Positions 56,109 to 64,000 of a stretch of 64,000 nucleotides of DNA are shown piece after piece. Made by a program: the position numbers and the translations under genes. The stretch spans positions 69,316,001-69,380,000 of the forward strand of contig NW_026262668.1 in the NCBI RefSeq assembly GCF_021869535.1, read 5' to 3'. The notes beneath the pieces are model-generated. The model was not told where the DNA came from. It ran no database searches and saw only the letters and a list, made by a program, of their open reading frames with translations. Positions within the stretch are counted from its first letter, which is position 1. Each line of letters opens with the position of its first letter. Source of the stretch: Mytilus californianus. Lineage: Eukaryota.

Positions 56109-59100
56109 ATTTTATCTCGTAATTACGAGATAGTTTTCTCGTAATTACGAGATAATTTTCTCGTAATTATGCGATAGTTATCTCGCAATTACGCGATAAT
56201 TACTTCGTAATTACGCGATAATTACCTCGTAATTACGCGATAATTACCTCGTAATTACGCGATAATTATCTCGTAATTACGAGATGAAAAATTATTATCT
56301 CGTAATTACGCGATAGTTTTCTCGTAATTACGAGATAAATATTTTTTTTTTGTGACCCTAATAGGCTTTCGTACTTTAATGAACACCTATTTAAAAATTA
56401 TAACAAGGAAAACCCATATCTATTCTATTTTTTATTAACTTTGAGCCTTACGGCTCATCAGTGTATTCAAATACAGTGTATACATATGGCATATTACAAA
56501 CAATATGTCTAGGTTAGTCTATGGAAAGGTATATACTATGAAATTTAGAGCGAGGGGCTTGCCCCGAGCTCTTAATTTCATAGTATATACCTTTCCATAG
56601 ACTATCCAATTTAGCACATATTTACAACTCGAGTAATCTTTTAATTGGTCTATTGATAATTTATTTTGGCTGACTACTTGTATTACAGGTGTTTGTAAAA
56701 CGGAGCTCATTAACGAATTTTGTAAATCTACTCACTAGTATCATTGTAAAATATGTGATTTCAAAAGGCCCTTCACTCCAGAATAAAGAGATGGTAGCTG
56801 CTGGTGTAAGTATGTATACTGATATAAAGCGGTGTTTTACTATACATGTTCTTCTTACAAGGTAAGATGACAAAATAAATTGACCAAAAGCAGGCAATAA
56901 TTAAATTGCAGTGGAAGCTTTACATGTTTTGAAAACATTTTTTAATTTCACAGTAAAAGTAAAGCTATAATAAATTTGAAACATATAGATAGTTTGTCCC
57001 CAAAGATATAGTCTAGCAGATAGGCATTAAAAAGCAACTACAAATAGATCAGAGATTATAGGTTTTGTGTTTTTTTTTTATTAGTTCAAAGTAAAAACTA
57101 AAAGATTTATCAGAATATGTTTATATATATATATATATAGATGGCACATTATCTTCAGACATAATCACAGTTTTTCAATTCATGACATCGTCCTGAACAT
57201 GCATGAAATATTTGCCACTGGACATTAAGCAACCAATAATCAATAAATCAATCAATTCATGACGAAATAGATCACTTTCCTTAAGAAAGTTTAAAAAATT
57301 ATCACCAAGTTGCTTTAATTTTCCTTCACAAGGTTTCATAGTACACACTTTTCTGTGTACAAAGTAATTGCATGGATGATACATTATCATAATTTTAAGA
57401 TATCATTGTACTCTAATCAAGGTATAAAGAACCATATGTATTACCCTTTATTTAAATGATAAAATTTGCAATTGTCAAAAACATTTTTTAGATCCAAAGA
57501 TTTTAATAGCAGGATATTTAAAAATCAATGTGAAAACTAATTACAAACTATTTAATTTAATTTGGAACACAGCATTTTATTTCAAAATAGCCAGTGGCAA
57601 TTTTTGTTTTAAATATCTTGATTACGATACAATGAAATCTTACCCTTGTGGTCATTCATGCGTAGTTACTTAGTACACAGGAAAAGTATGTACTATGAAA
57701 ATTAGAAGGCAAATATAAGCAATTTGATTGGACGAGAAGTTGTAAGTATGTGCTAAGCATAAATAACAATAGGTTACGTGAGATTTTTCATGATTACAAA
57801 ATAACTTTACAATAAACTGTTTCTTAATTTGAAAGAGAAATGTATATATATTAAACAATAGTATTTAGTAATCGTTAAGAAAACACATCTAATGTTTACA
57901 AAGGCGTAATGATTAGAAGTTTAATTATTCACTGAGGGTCATCAGAGGAAGCAACGAATTTATTTTATTTGGAAACATTTTCTTGTCAACCATTATTGGG
58001 GACAGTCGGTTTTGCAACTTTGTAAATTACAGTCTTGCAGACGAAAATATTTGCTTTGACGGTACCGATGTAACGGAATGGCTACATTGTAAGACATGTT
58101 TAGTTTAAAGTGTTAGCCTAGGTATATCCCATGTATTTTCGGAGGCATTTTAAATGACAATTTAGCACAAGCATTCGAAACAAAATGTATTTTATTTACT
58201 AGTATGATTAATCGGTGATGCCTATTTAATTTTCCGAAAAAGGATCTCAAGAAGATCAATTTTATATAAAGAAAAAACAGCAATATTTTAACAGGAAACC
58301 GATTAGTCGAGTATCGTTTTGGTATTCGATACTCGAATACTCGAGTACTCGTTGACATCCCTAGTATCGATAGATCTTGGTAACTGCCGTAATAGGTATG
58401 GGTAATAATGCTTGAATGTATCCAATTTAGGTCGATAACTAAACTGCATCACAATTTTGACTCTAGGTGTTCTGTGCAAACTTATCAAAGCAGCAAAAAC
58501 AAAGTTAAAAAAATGCATCTAGCTAGAAAGATCAAAAACGAAATTAACAAAGCGTTTGAAGATGAGGAATTTGGGAAAGCGATTGATATTATGAGCATTT
58601 CATACGAGGAAGAATGGAAACTCAATGACTTTTTTCCCTTGCCTTGGAAACTTAAACGAGATTAGAGAAACAGGAGATGAAAGACAATATGCTGCGTAAC
58701 TATTCACAGTGTTGCATGGAGGGTTTTTTTTAAATTGAGATTTTTCGCTGAGTTGTAGCTATGTCGTAACCCACTAAAATATTAGAGGAAGACAGCGGTA
58801 ATAGTGTATTAACTACTTTAACCGACTTTAAAAAAGTATAAATACATTTTACTTATATATGCTATTTTTTTCGCCTCGGTTAAATGACATGATGACTGTT
58901 GTAACTAAAATCAAAATAACATTCAAACATGTATTTCTATTTGAAACATGATAATTTAATTGTATTAGTTATTGAAATTCTTACATGTATAGTGGTCTGT
59001 AGGTGATTTTTTTTGGTTATTATATTGTGTTGTTTGGCTGCTACAAAATGTTAAAAGCACTGTCGTGTTTTCATGGTTAACAATAATTTCTTCGGCAGTA

Positions 59101-59311
59101 TTTAGAAAGGCTTGTAACACAGATTTTCACACATAATCATTAACAGCTCAAAATAATAAAATAGAAGTCGGTATATCATCTTCTTTGATTATTTGGCTTG
59201 GTGTTGCTATCTTAAAATTATTTGTCTAGTTCTTCATCTATACTTACCTATCCTAATAGGCAAAATGGATAAACATCCAACATAAATTAAAATGTAAAAA
59301 TATATTCCCAT
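29118..59311 (-). CDS. Uncharacterised single-pass type I membrane protein (697 aa); exons 59311-59248, 47454-47280, 46249-46134, 42583-42467, 41141-40962, 39290-39175, 36187-36034, 33506-33498, 30640-30485, 30124-29118
   Basis: All junctions are GT-AG and phase-compatible; total 2094 nt = 697 aa + stop. Signal peptide MGIYFYILIYVGCLSILPIRIDA. The ectodomain starts DCTLPSYMTGTWY and has 10 Cys and four N-x-T sequons. TM helix GVIIAVVVILLLLIIAVVGGILFY is followed by a basic stop-transfer segment and a ~350-aa low-complexity tail (ORF 29118-30095). Exon 1 and the microexon are the least certain parts. Confidence 0.8.
30780..31380 (+). mobile_element. Penelope-like reverse transcriptase remnant (decayed)
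   Basis: Translation with stops and frameshifts gives RSIDDFFSLN...TELEIKD...LYDNRDDFSF, matching the RYIDD...ELEIKD...LYDKRDDF pattern of PLE RTs. The dispersed tail motif follows. Confidence 0.7.
34170..34895. mobile_element. Long foldback-type MITE
   Basis: Outer imperfect IR (CAACTTT...GCTGAACAGTAACAGAAAATCGAAA vs the reverse complement of 34830-34895). Inner IR GGTCACCGACTTCGTTTTT (34453) / AAAAACGAAGTCGATCACC (~34612). Confidence 0.6.
35450..35920 (-). pseudogene. Possible decayed LINE APE-endonuclease fragment
   Basis: Minus-strand translation ININSLKTKRSQ...NILQVLNRHESKIN loosely resembles the N-terminus of LINE endonucleases; many stops. Confidence 0.3.
36305..37973 (-). mobile_element. 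Helentron-like non-autonomous element with an internal ~133-bp satellite array and (TCT)n
   Basis: 5' hairpin TTAAGTCTCCCAAACGAAGTTTGGGAAGACTTA, (GAA)n at 37874-37926 on +, and about ten 122-134-bp core units (CCCTGGGGACTAACC anchors at ~36388-37568). Confidence 0.75.
37974..38210 (-). pseudogene. LINE reverse transcriptase fragment
   Basis: KSDFFPCEMWVRQGENLSPALFSIF, matching the RT motif GVRQGxxLSP. It is truncated by the adjacent Helentron-like element. Confidence 0.75.
38451..38760. repeat. 27-bp minisatellite, ~11 units
   Basis: Unit CAGTTTGTAATGGCTCATTATCATCCC. It starts from GATCACCCCCAGTTTTT, a motif of the Penelope-like tail repeat. Confidence 0.9.
39690..40045 (-). mobile_element. 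tRNA-derived SINE with Nin/Deu-like core
   Basis: Minus strand: tRNA-like head, then AAACCAAAGATTCGAAAAGTGGTATCGACTGCGTCTCCGCTAAG and ...CTAGCGCCAAAACAAATGGCTCAGCGTG..., resembling Nin/Deu-domain SINE cores; (CAT)n tail. The family assignment is from memory. Confidence 0.55.
43925..44617 (-). mobile_element. Helentron-associated non-autonomous element (HINE)
   Basis: 5' hairpin TTATTAGTCCCCTACCGACGAAGTCGAAGGGGACT, (GTCC/GTCT)n microsatellite and about four 162-bp core repeats. Confidence 0.8.
45890..46045. repeat. Dispersed SINE-like repeat (GAGAGTTGTCTCATTGGCAxTCATACCACATCT family)
   Basis: The same motif occurs at ~3885-3935, ~34085-34140 and ~44965-45010 (reverse). Confidence 0.65.
47636..48023. 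mobile_element. Kolobok-type MITE
   Basis: TTAA|GGATGTTCGCTA ... TAGCGAACATCC|TTAA: a 12-bp TIR starting GG with TTAA target duplication. Confidence 0.85.
48093..50008. mobile_element. Palindromic hairpin element split by a nested insertion
   Basis: The left arm TTCTTTTTATAATATTATAGGTGTGTAAAAGCGTTGA pairs with the right arm TCACTGCTTTTACATTCCTATAAAATTATAAAAAGAA (~49645-49683). The tail ends GTCAGCCAATCA...AATTAT at ~50008. Confidence 0.65.
48189..49626. mobile_element. MULE-like non-autonomous transposon (~1.44 kb)
   Basis: Imperfect ~63-bp TIRs, both containing CGGCTAGCCGGAA, flanked by a duplicated TTTTAAAAACG (9-11-bp TSD). Confidence 0.7.
50200..52690 (+). mobile_element. Crypton (tyrosine-recombinase DNA transposon), near-intact
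   Basis: Encodes a spliced YR. There is an imperfect terminal hairpin at ~52563-52682 (ACAATCATTGTCTTTTG...AAATATGTGGTT...AACCACATATTT...CAAAAGACAATAATTGT). No TIR or TSD. The left boundary is approximate. Confidence 0.8.
50416..52249 (+). pseudogene. Crypton tyrosine recombinase (DUF3504 / KCTD1-ZMYM-related type), ~472 aa; exons 50416-51122 and 51537-52249; 1-bp frameshift in the A7 run at 50694-50700
   Basis: Catalytic residues are present: GRRGRENLR (Arg), TKNH (Lys), HSLR (His-x-x-Arg), TGH (His), LKTY (Tyr). Phase-1 GT-AG intron. Removing one A joins ORF 50251-50706 to 50771-51139 (TTTLKNTRYGINRYL). Confidence 0.9.
52991..53443. mobile_element. Kolobok-type MITE (degenerate)
   Basis: GTAA|AGGGACATTAGCT ... 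AGCTTATGTTCCT|TTAA. Confidence 0.6.
55242..56373. mobile_element. IS3EU-like non-autonomous element
   Basis: Long TIR TACGAAAGCCTATTAGGGTCACAAAAAAAA..., 6-bp TSD CTTTAA (55236-55241, 56374-56379), TAC...GTA termini and tandem subterminal TCTCGTAATTACG(A/C)GATA repeats. Confidence 0.75.
55402..56000 (-). mobile_element. Helentron-like (HINE) fragment nested in the IS3EU-like element
   Basis: On +, it ends GGACGACGACGGACGACGGACGCC...GACCCTTTGGGTCAGTTGAGTTAATAAAAA, the reverse complement of a typical HINE 5' end with its microsatellite. Confidence 0.7.
56517..56602. repeat. Perfect 30-bp-arm palindrome (hairpin element)
   Basis: AGTCTATGGAAAGGTATATACTATGAAATT-TAGAGCGAGGGGCTTGCCCCGAGCTCTT-AATTTCATAGTATATACCTTTCCATAGACT. 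Confidence 0.9.
58467..58665 (+). other. Possible coding terminal exon of unknown origin (antisense within intron 1 of the membrane-protein gene)
   Basis: Acceptor TTTTGACTCTAG|G followed by an open, protein-like frame CSVQTYQSSKNKVKKMHLARKIKNEINKAFEDEEFGKAIDIMSISYEEEWKLNDFFPLPWKLKRD*. No recognised homology. Confidence 0.3.
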
Positions 59312-61049
59312 AATTCTCTTTTCCTGCTTTATGTTTATATTGAAAACAAATCACATATTAGACGTTATTCCATAAACCAACATCTGAAATAATATTCTCG
59401 TTTTATGCTCAGGGTTAGTTATATCGCATATTATAAAAAATATAGCAAGAGCAGAATACAAAGGAAATTAGTTAGCGGAAAGAAACATTTTTTATTTATT
59501 ATAGCGTTGTTAAAACAATTAAATATCTGTGTGCACTAAGACATGAAATGACTAAAATGTGATTTACTTAACACAAATTGACATTTGATATGATTATTTA
59601 AAAAAGAATTGGTCAGGTATGCCATGTTTATTCACAATGCAAATCAATAAGTGAAACATTTAGTCTAGTTCTAATGCTTTCTGTTACAATACTTAGTGCC
59701 AAATTGTTTTCACCTATCTTTTCCAAATGAACACAAAAGAGTTGATTATTTTGATTTAGTTAACCCAACTTTACAAATTTATGTCATATTAATATTCCTC
59801 AATTTTCAAAAGCAAACTTACTGCCGAACAAATAGATATAAGGTTTATTTAATGTGTATGCTACTTTTTTGTAGTTGATCGTTTTCGAATCTACATTAAT
59901 TGAAGGCAGTACAGTTACATATAGTTGTTAAAGGGGGTAGGTGCTCTCTTTATATTGAACATTTATAGCTACACCTAACTAACATTGAAATTGCACATTT
60001 TAAGGGAAATAACTCAATTTTCAATTTACCAGGTGTACTGATAATGTTACGCTGAAAGAAAATACACATTAAATTGGATTTTATGGAATTGCAGCTCGAG
60101 AATTGTAAATACAAAAAAAAACGTAATAATCATGGTGTTCTTTTAATTGAAAAGCTGGTGCTTTTTATTTAAATGATTTCAAGGGTTGACAGGAATATAG
60201 AAATGTAGACTTCCATGGACTTATGGACATCTAACATCGAACAGTAAAATACATGCATGCTAAAGAGGGTTTATGTTTGGCAGTGTTGGATGCAAAAATA
60301 TTCAGTCACGTCCGGTCGGAATCGGGACCATAAATCCGATAACTCACCAAAGGAGCTTGTTTCTCTCTCGTACGATAAGGAACCTTTACAAGAACCCTAT
60401 GAGGGGTCTGTAGGTGGCATTTTGCAAAGTTAAATTTCTACCCTTTTCAACATTATTTTTCACTGGTAGTCTAAATTCCTGTCCTAAATCAAGCTTGACC
60501 CACTTTGAGGAACCAATTTTATATTTTATTGTTAATTTATTCTCGTCCTGAATATGGATTACATATTTGTCAATCAAAAACAATCAATTCAAAATTAATC
60601 TGATTAAAATTCTAATCTATATTAACTCGCATGCTCGTACATATAAGAGTATAACGAAATCAGAGGTCTATATTTTAATTAGATTGTTCAAAAATTGTTC
60701 AAAATTATTTTTACTAAAGAAAAAAAAACAAGAAATTATAGACACAATCCTCTATAATAGATAACCATTGTGTTTTGCACTAGATACAATGTAATTAACA
60801 ATTGATTGAAGATTATTAATTTACAATACAATGATACAATAATAATTTATTAACGTCTCACCATCAATAATACAGTATACGCATTTCACATTGTAAAAGT
60901 AAACTTTAAAAAAAATATTAATGCCATTCTAAAAAGAATTATGAGAGACGGATTAAAAAGGAACTAGTATTAACACATTCTCAAAAAGCTATTATAAAAC
61001 AAAAGTTAAATCATAAAACATATTTACATCTATTATCGGTATAAAAAAC

Positions 61050-62160
61050 GTCTTCTACGGTCTAAAATAAGTTTGCAGGTTTTGGCACATTTTTGTATCA
61101 CATTAATATTGTCATTCGCTAAAATGAAATTTTCACTGAATTCGGCCGAAGACTGAAATTTTCGTTTTCAAAATTTAAAATCTTATACATTTCGTCTCTA
61201 AGATCACCATACAACGGACATTCAGTCAATACATGCTCCTCCGTTTCAATTTTATCGTCACAAACAAAACAAGTTCTTTGGTCTATTGGGAGACTCTCGT
61301 AGCGTCCTGTCTCCACCCGTATTGGGGCAACACCGCAGCAAAACTGAGAATAAGCTCTTCGGTGTGATGGTATAATAAGTGTATTTAGGTAAAGTTCTGT
61401 ATATACATTCTGTTTAAATGTTCTATATGTACGCAGTTTGTTACCCCCTGGTCCATTTCGTCTAGTAGTGTCACTATGCAAATCTTCATTCAATTTCTGT
61501 TTGAAGTCGGACATAAGTTTTAAATGTATCACATTGATAACTCGCTGCTTAACAATGTCAATGTCATTAAACCAGGTCGCTATCCCACATAATTCAAATT
61601 GTTTATAGATTCTAAAGTTTGAGATTTTGCACACTCGATGTCGTCTGAAATTCTGCTCTGCCCAATTGTTATTTTCTTATTTAGTCTATTCTCATCCATA
61701 TCATCGACCGATTCCAGTAGTTTATTATAACCCGCCATTGTTTCACAAACGGTGGTGTCCAACCTGAATCTCCATTAACTGCAACGTTTGGCGTATAACG
61801 ACCAACGCCAATGAAAAAACGGATTGCTTTGTTTTGAACTGAATTTATAGACGAGAATGACTTATCTCCCCATACTGCCGCACCGTAACTAATAGTACTC
61901 CACACCATAGAGTCGTACAGCTTTGTAAAAGTTCCAAAAGGTAAACCTCCATGTCCCTTGTATTTTGAAATTACAAGACCAAGTGCTCGACAAGCTGCTG
62001 CTGCAACATATTTTGCCATGACGTTAAAGTCCAAATGTTCAGTAAAAACTAAACCTAAATATGTGTAACGTTCTACTGTCTGTAAAATGAGATTTCCGCA
62101 ATGAAAGCTTGTTTGGCTTCTAGGGATTACATGTTGTACACTAAATTTAACTTGGCATGA
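61050..62160 (-). mobile_element. 5'-truncated, frameshifted LINE (CR1/L2-group) ORF2 C-terminus
   Basis: LQTVERYTYLGLVFTEHLDF, LYDSMVWSTISYGAAVWG, VQNKAIRFFIGV, KLRTYRTFK, IRVETGRY and the zinc-knuckle CFVC...ETEEHVLTEC are spread over ORFs 61681-62034, 61580-61762 and 61119-61634. Confidence 0.9.
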
Positions 62161-63552
62161 TCATTGAAGCAAGATTGTACACCATTTTAGCTTCTGTTAA
62201 CAAACTTATTTTCACGGATACTTTTTTTTTTATCTTGTATAGCCCTTTCTAGCCATCTTTACTTTGATTTATTTTATTGAAGAGTTTCTTACATTTTTTA
62301 CGTATCCATATGCATAAAAGGTAAGATTCAAGTTTGACATGTTTGCGACGACTTATATTCGCATTATTTTTATCCTCGCGAATGTCGCGTGAAGAACTTT
62401 TTTTCAAACATTTCTAACAATTTGCTGTGACTCGAGTTTTTTCAATATCAAGGAATATGATTTTTCCATACCTTCTTTCACTGTACAGTGTAAATGAGGA
62501 GGGTTTGAATATTCCATTATTGCTAAAATAGATTAACTGATATCTAAAAAAATTCCTGGGATGCAACCACAATTACACAATCATGTTGCGTGTATAGAGC
62601 AATGAGTCCAAATTCTGGCTTCGTTTAAGGATACACCTACTTTACTTGAAGACTTTTCTTATTTAAAAACATATCATAACTAAACATTGAGATAAAGATA
62701 AATTAAACATTTGATACGCGCATGACTTTTCCAATACGGAGTAAATCTACGTGTTAAATGTTTTCCCTCTATTCAGTTCACCTATGGAAGTCGAAATATC
62801 GGGCCGGTATTCTATTATTATTTTTGTGTCTTTTTAAGTTTTCGTAGTTTTACCTCGGAAACGCCGGCATTGTACCATTGATAGTTCTTCAATATTGTAA
62901 ATCAGTTAAACGACTGCCAAATGTGATTACGCAGTTGCCAACAATTAACAGTATGAAAATAAACTTATCATAGATACATTTTGTACCAGGATAAAAATTG
63001 TGTACGCCAGACGTGCGTTTCGTCTACAAAGCATTCATCATTTTAGGCTTACATGTATAGAATTTTACATACAAAGGATTTTGTTTGGACCTAGATGGAA
63101 TTATATATTTTGAGAAAAGGGAAAACAAGCATTTTATATCACTTTTCTTGATTGGATTAGACGTTTCTATACATGTCCTTTGTCCTCTCAAAACTTTGTA
63201 GATTGCGATAAATGAATATGTATCATAGTGTTATTAAATACTTAGATAAATAATATTCGTCATATGTTTTGTTTGTCTAGTTGTATCTTCCAACTAAGGC
63301 GTATATCTGACCAGAGGCCACGTCATTTCTACACTGTGTCATCATCAAAATAAACATTTTGTATACCCAACAGCAGGTTGTTGTTATAAACATTTAAGAT
63401 TAATTATGTTTATTTCAAATCAATTTTAGTAACATACAGATGATGATCTTCATCAGGAACACGACAAAGCTATAAATATTACGCTCTATCCGTGATATAT
63501 GATAAATTGTCATATTGCATGTAGCTTTTATACATAGGAAAATAGTGAAATC

Positions 63553-63959
63553 ATGCAGTCATTGATATTTCTGGTCGTGATTTTACCACTAGTCAACGGA
63601 TTCTGCCATACAAGTTCTGGTAGAGTTGATAAAACAGGTAAAGTTTCAATAGGGCTAGATTTATTTTCAGTTTTTTCAAACTCTTCTTAAAAATACCGTA
63701 ACTATCAACAAATGTTTAAATTGTTTAAAAACTACAAGATAAATTTCATTATATATTCTCCTTTAGAACAGCATATGTTATTGCAATATTCAGATTTTTG
63801 TTTTATATTTGAATATGATACTATTATTTTTCCAGTTACTGGGCGAATGATACCAGTATGTTCATACAAAGGACTTGATATTTTGGACGGATCTAGTTTT
63901 AGAACAGCAGATTGTATGGACTGTAAATGTAGAAACAATGGACAACTATCTTGTTGTGG
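63553..63959 (+). CDS. Beta-microseminoprotein-like secreted protein (5' part); exons 63553-63637 and 63836-63959, continuing beyond the window
   Basis: MQSLIFLVVILPLVNG|FCHTSSGRVDKTVTGRMIPVCSYKGLDILDGSSFRTADCMDCKCRNNGQLSCCG: a signal peptide plus the PSP94/MSMB Cys pattern (C..C..CxxCxC..CC). Phase-1 GT-AG intron; TATAAATA at ~63472. Confidence 0.85.
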
Positions 63960-64000
63960 GCAAGTCTAATTACTTTTTACTTTAATCTGCATAGTTTTTA

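Larger units (their letters stand above)
54918..58363. mobile_element. Non-autonomous hAT-type element (3.4 kb) with nested insertions
   Basis: 13-bp TIR TA(T/G)GGATGTCAAC ... GTTGACATCCCTA and a perfect 8-bp TSD GTATCGAT (54910-54917, 58364-58371). Subterminal CGAGTACTCG repeats occur at both ends. Confidence 0.85.

Overview
AT-rich eukaryotic genomic DNA with spliced genes and many repeats. The repeat families and gene types suggest a bivalve mollusc, probably Mytilus-like (inference). No prokaryotic system or CRISPR array is present. Five spliced host gene models were reconstructed by hand: (1,2) two tandem minus-strand paralogues encoding secreted four-EF-hand proteins (3182-9508, 140 aa; 14013-20633, 144 aa) with identical intron positions; (3) endonuclease G (22387-26975, +, 3 exons, 314 aa); (4) an unrecognised 10-exon type I membrane protein (59311 to 29118, -, 697 aa) with a Cys-rich ectodomain, a 9-nt microexon and a long disordered tail carrying RVxF and PDZ-type motifs; (5) a beta-microseminoprotein-like gene running off the right edge (63553->, +) with a probable GC donor. 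The 11.8-kb first intron of gene 4 holds a near-intact, intron-containing Crypton tyrosine-recombinase element (one 1-bp homopolymer frameshift), Kolobok-type MITEs, a MULE-like element inside a hairpin element, and a three-level hAT > IS3EU-like > Helentron-like nest. The most unusual structure is a ~1.6-kb, ~38-bp minisatellite amplified from the exon2/intron2 junction of one EF-hand gene, creating a tandem array of 5' splice donors. Coordinates were read by eye; transposon boundaries are approximate.
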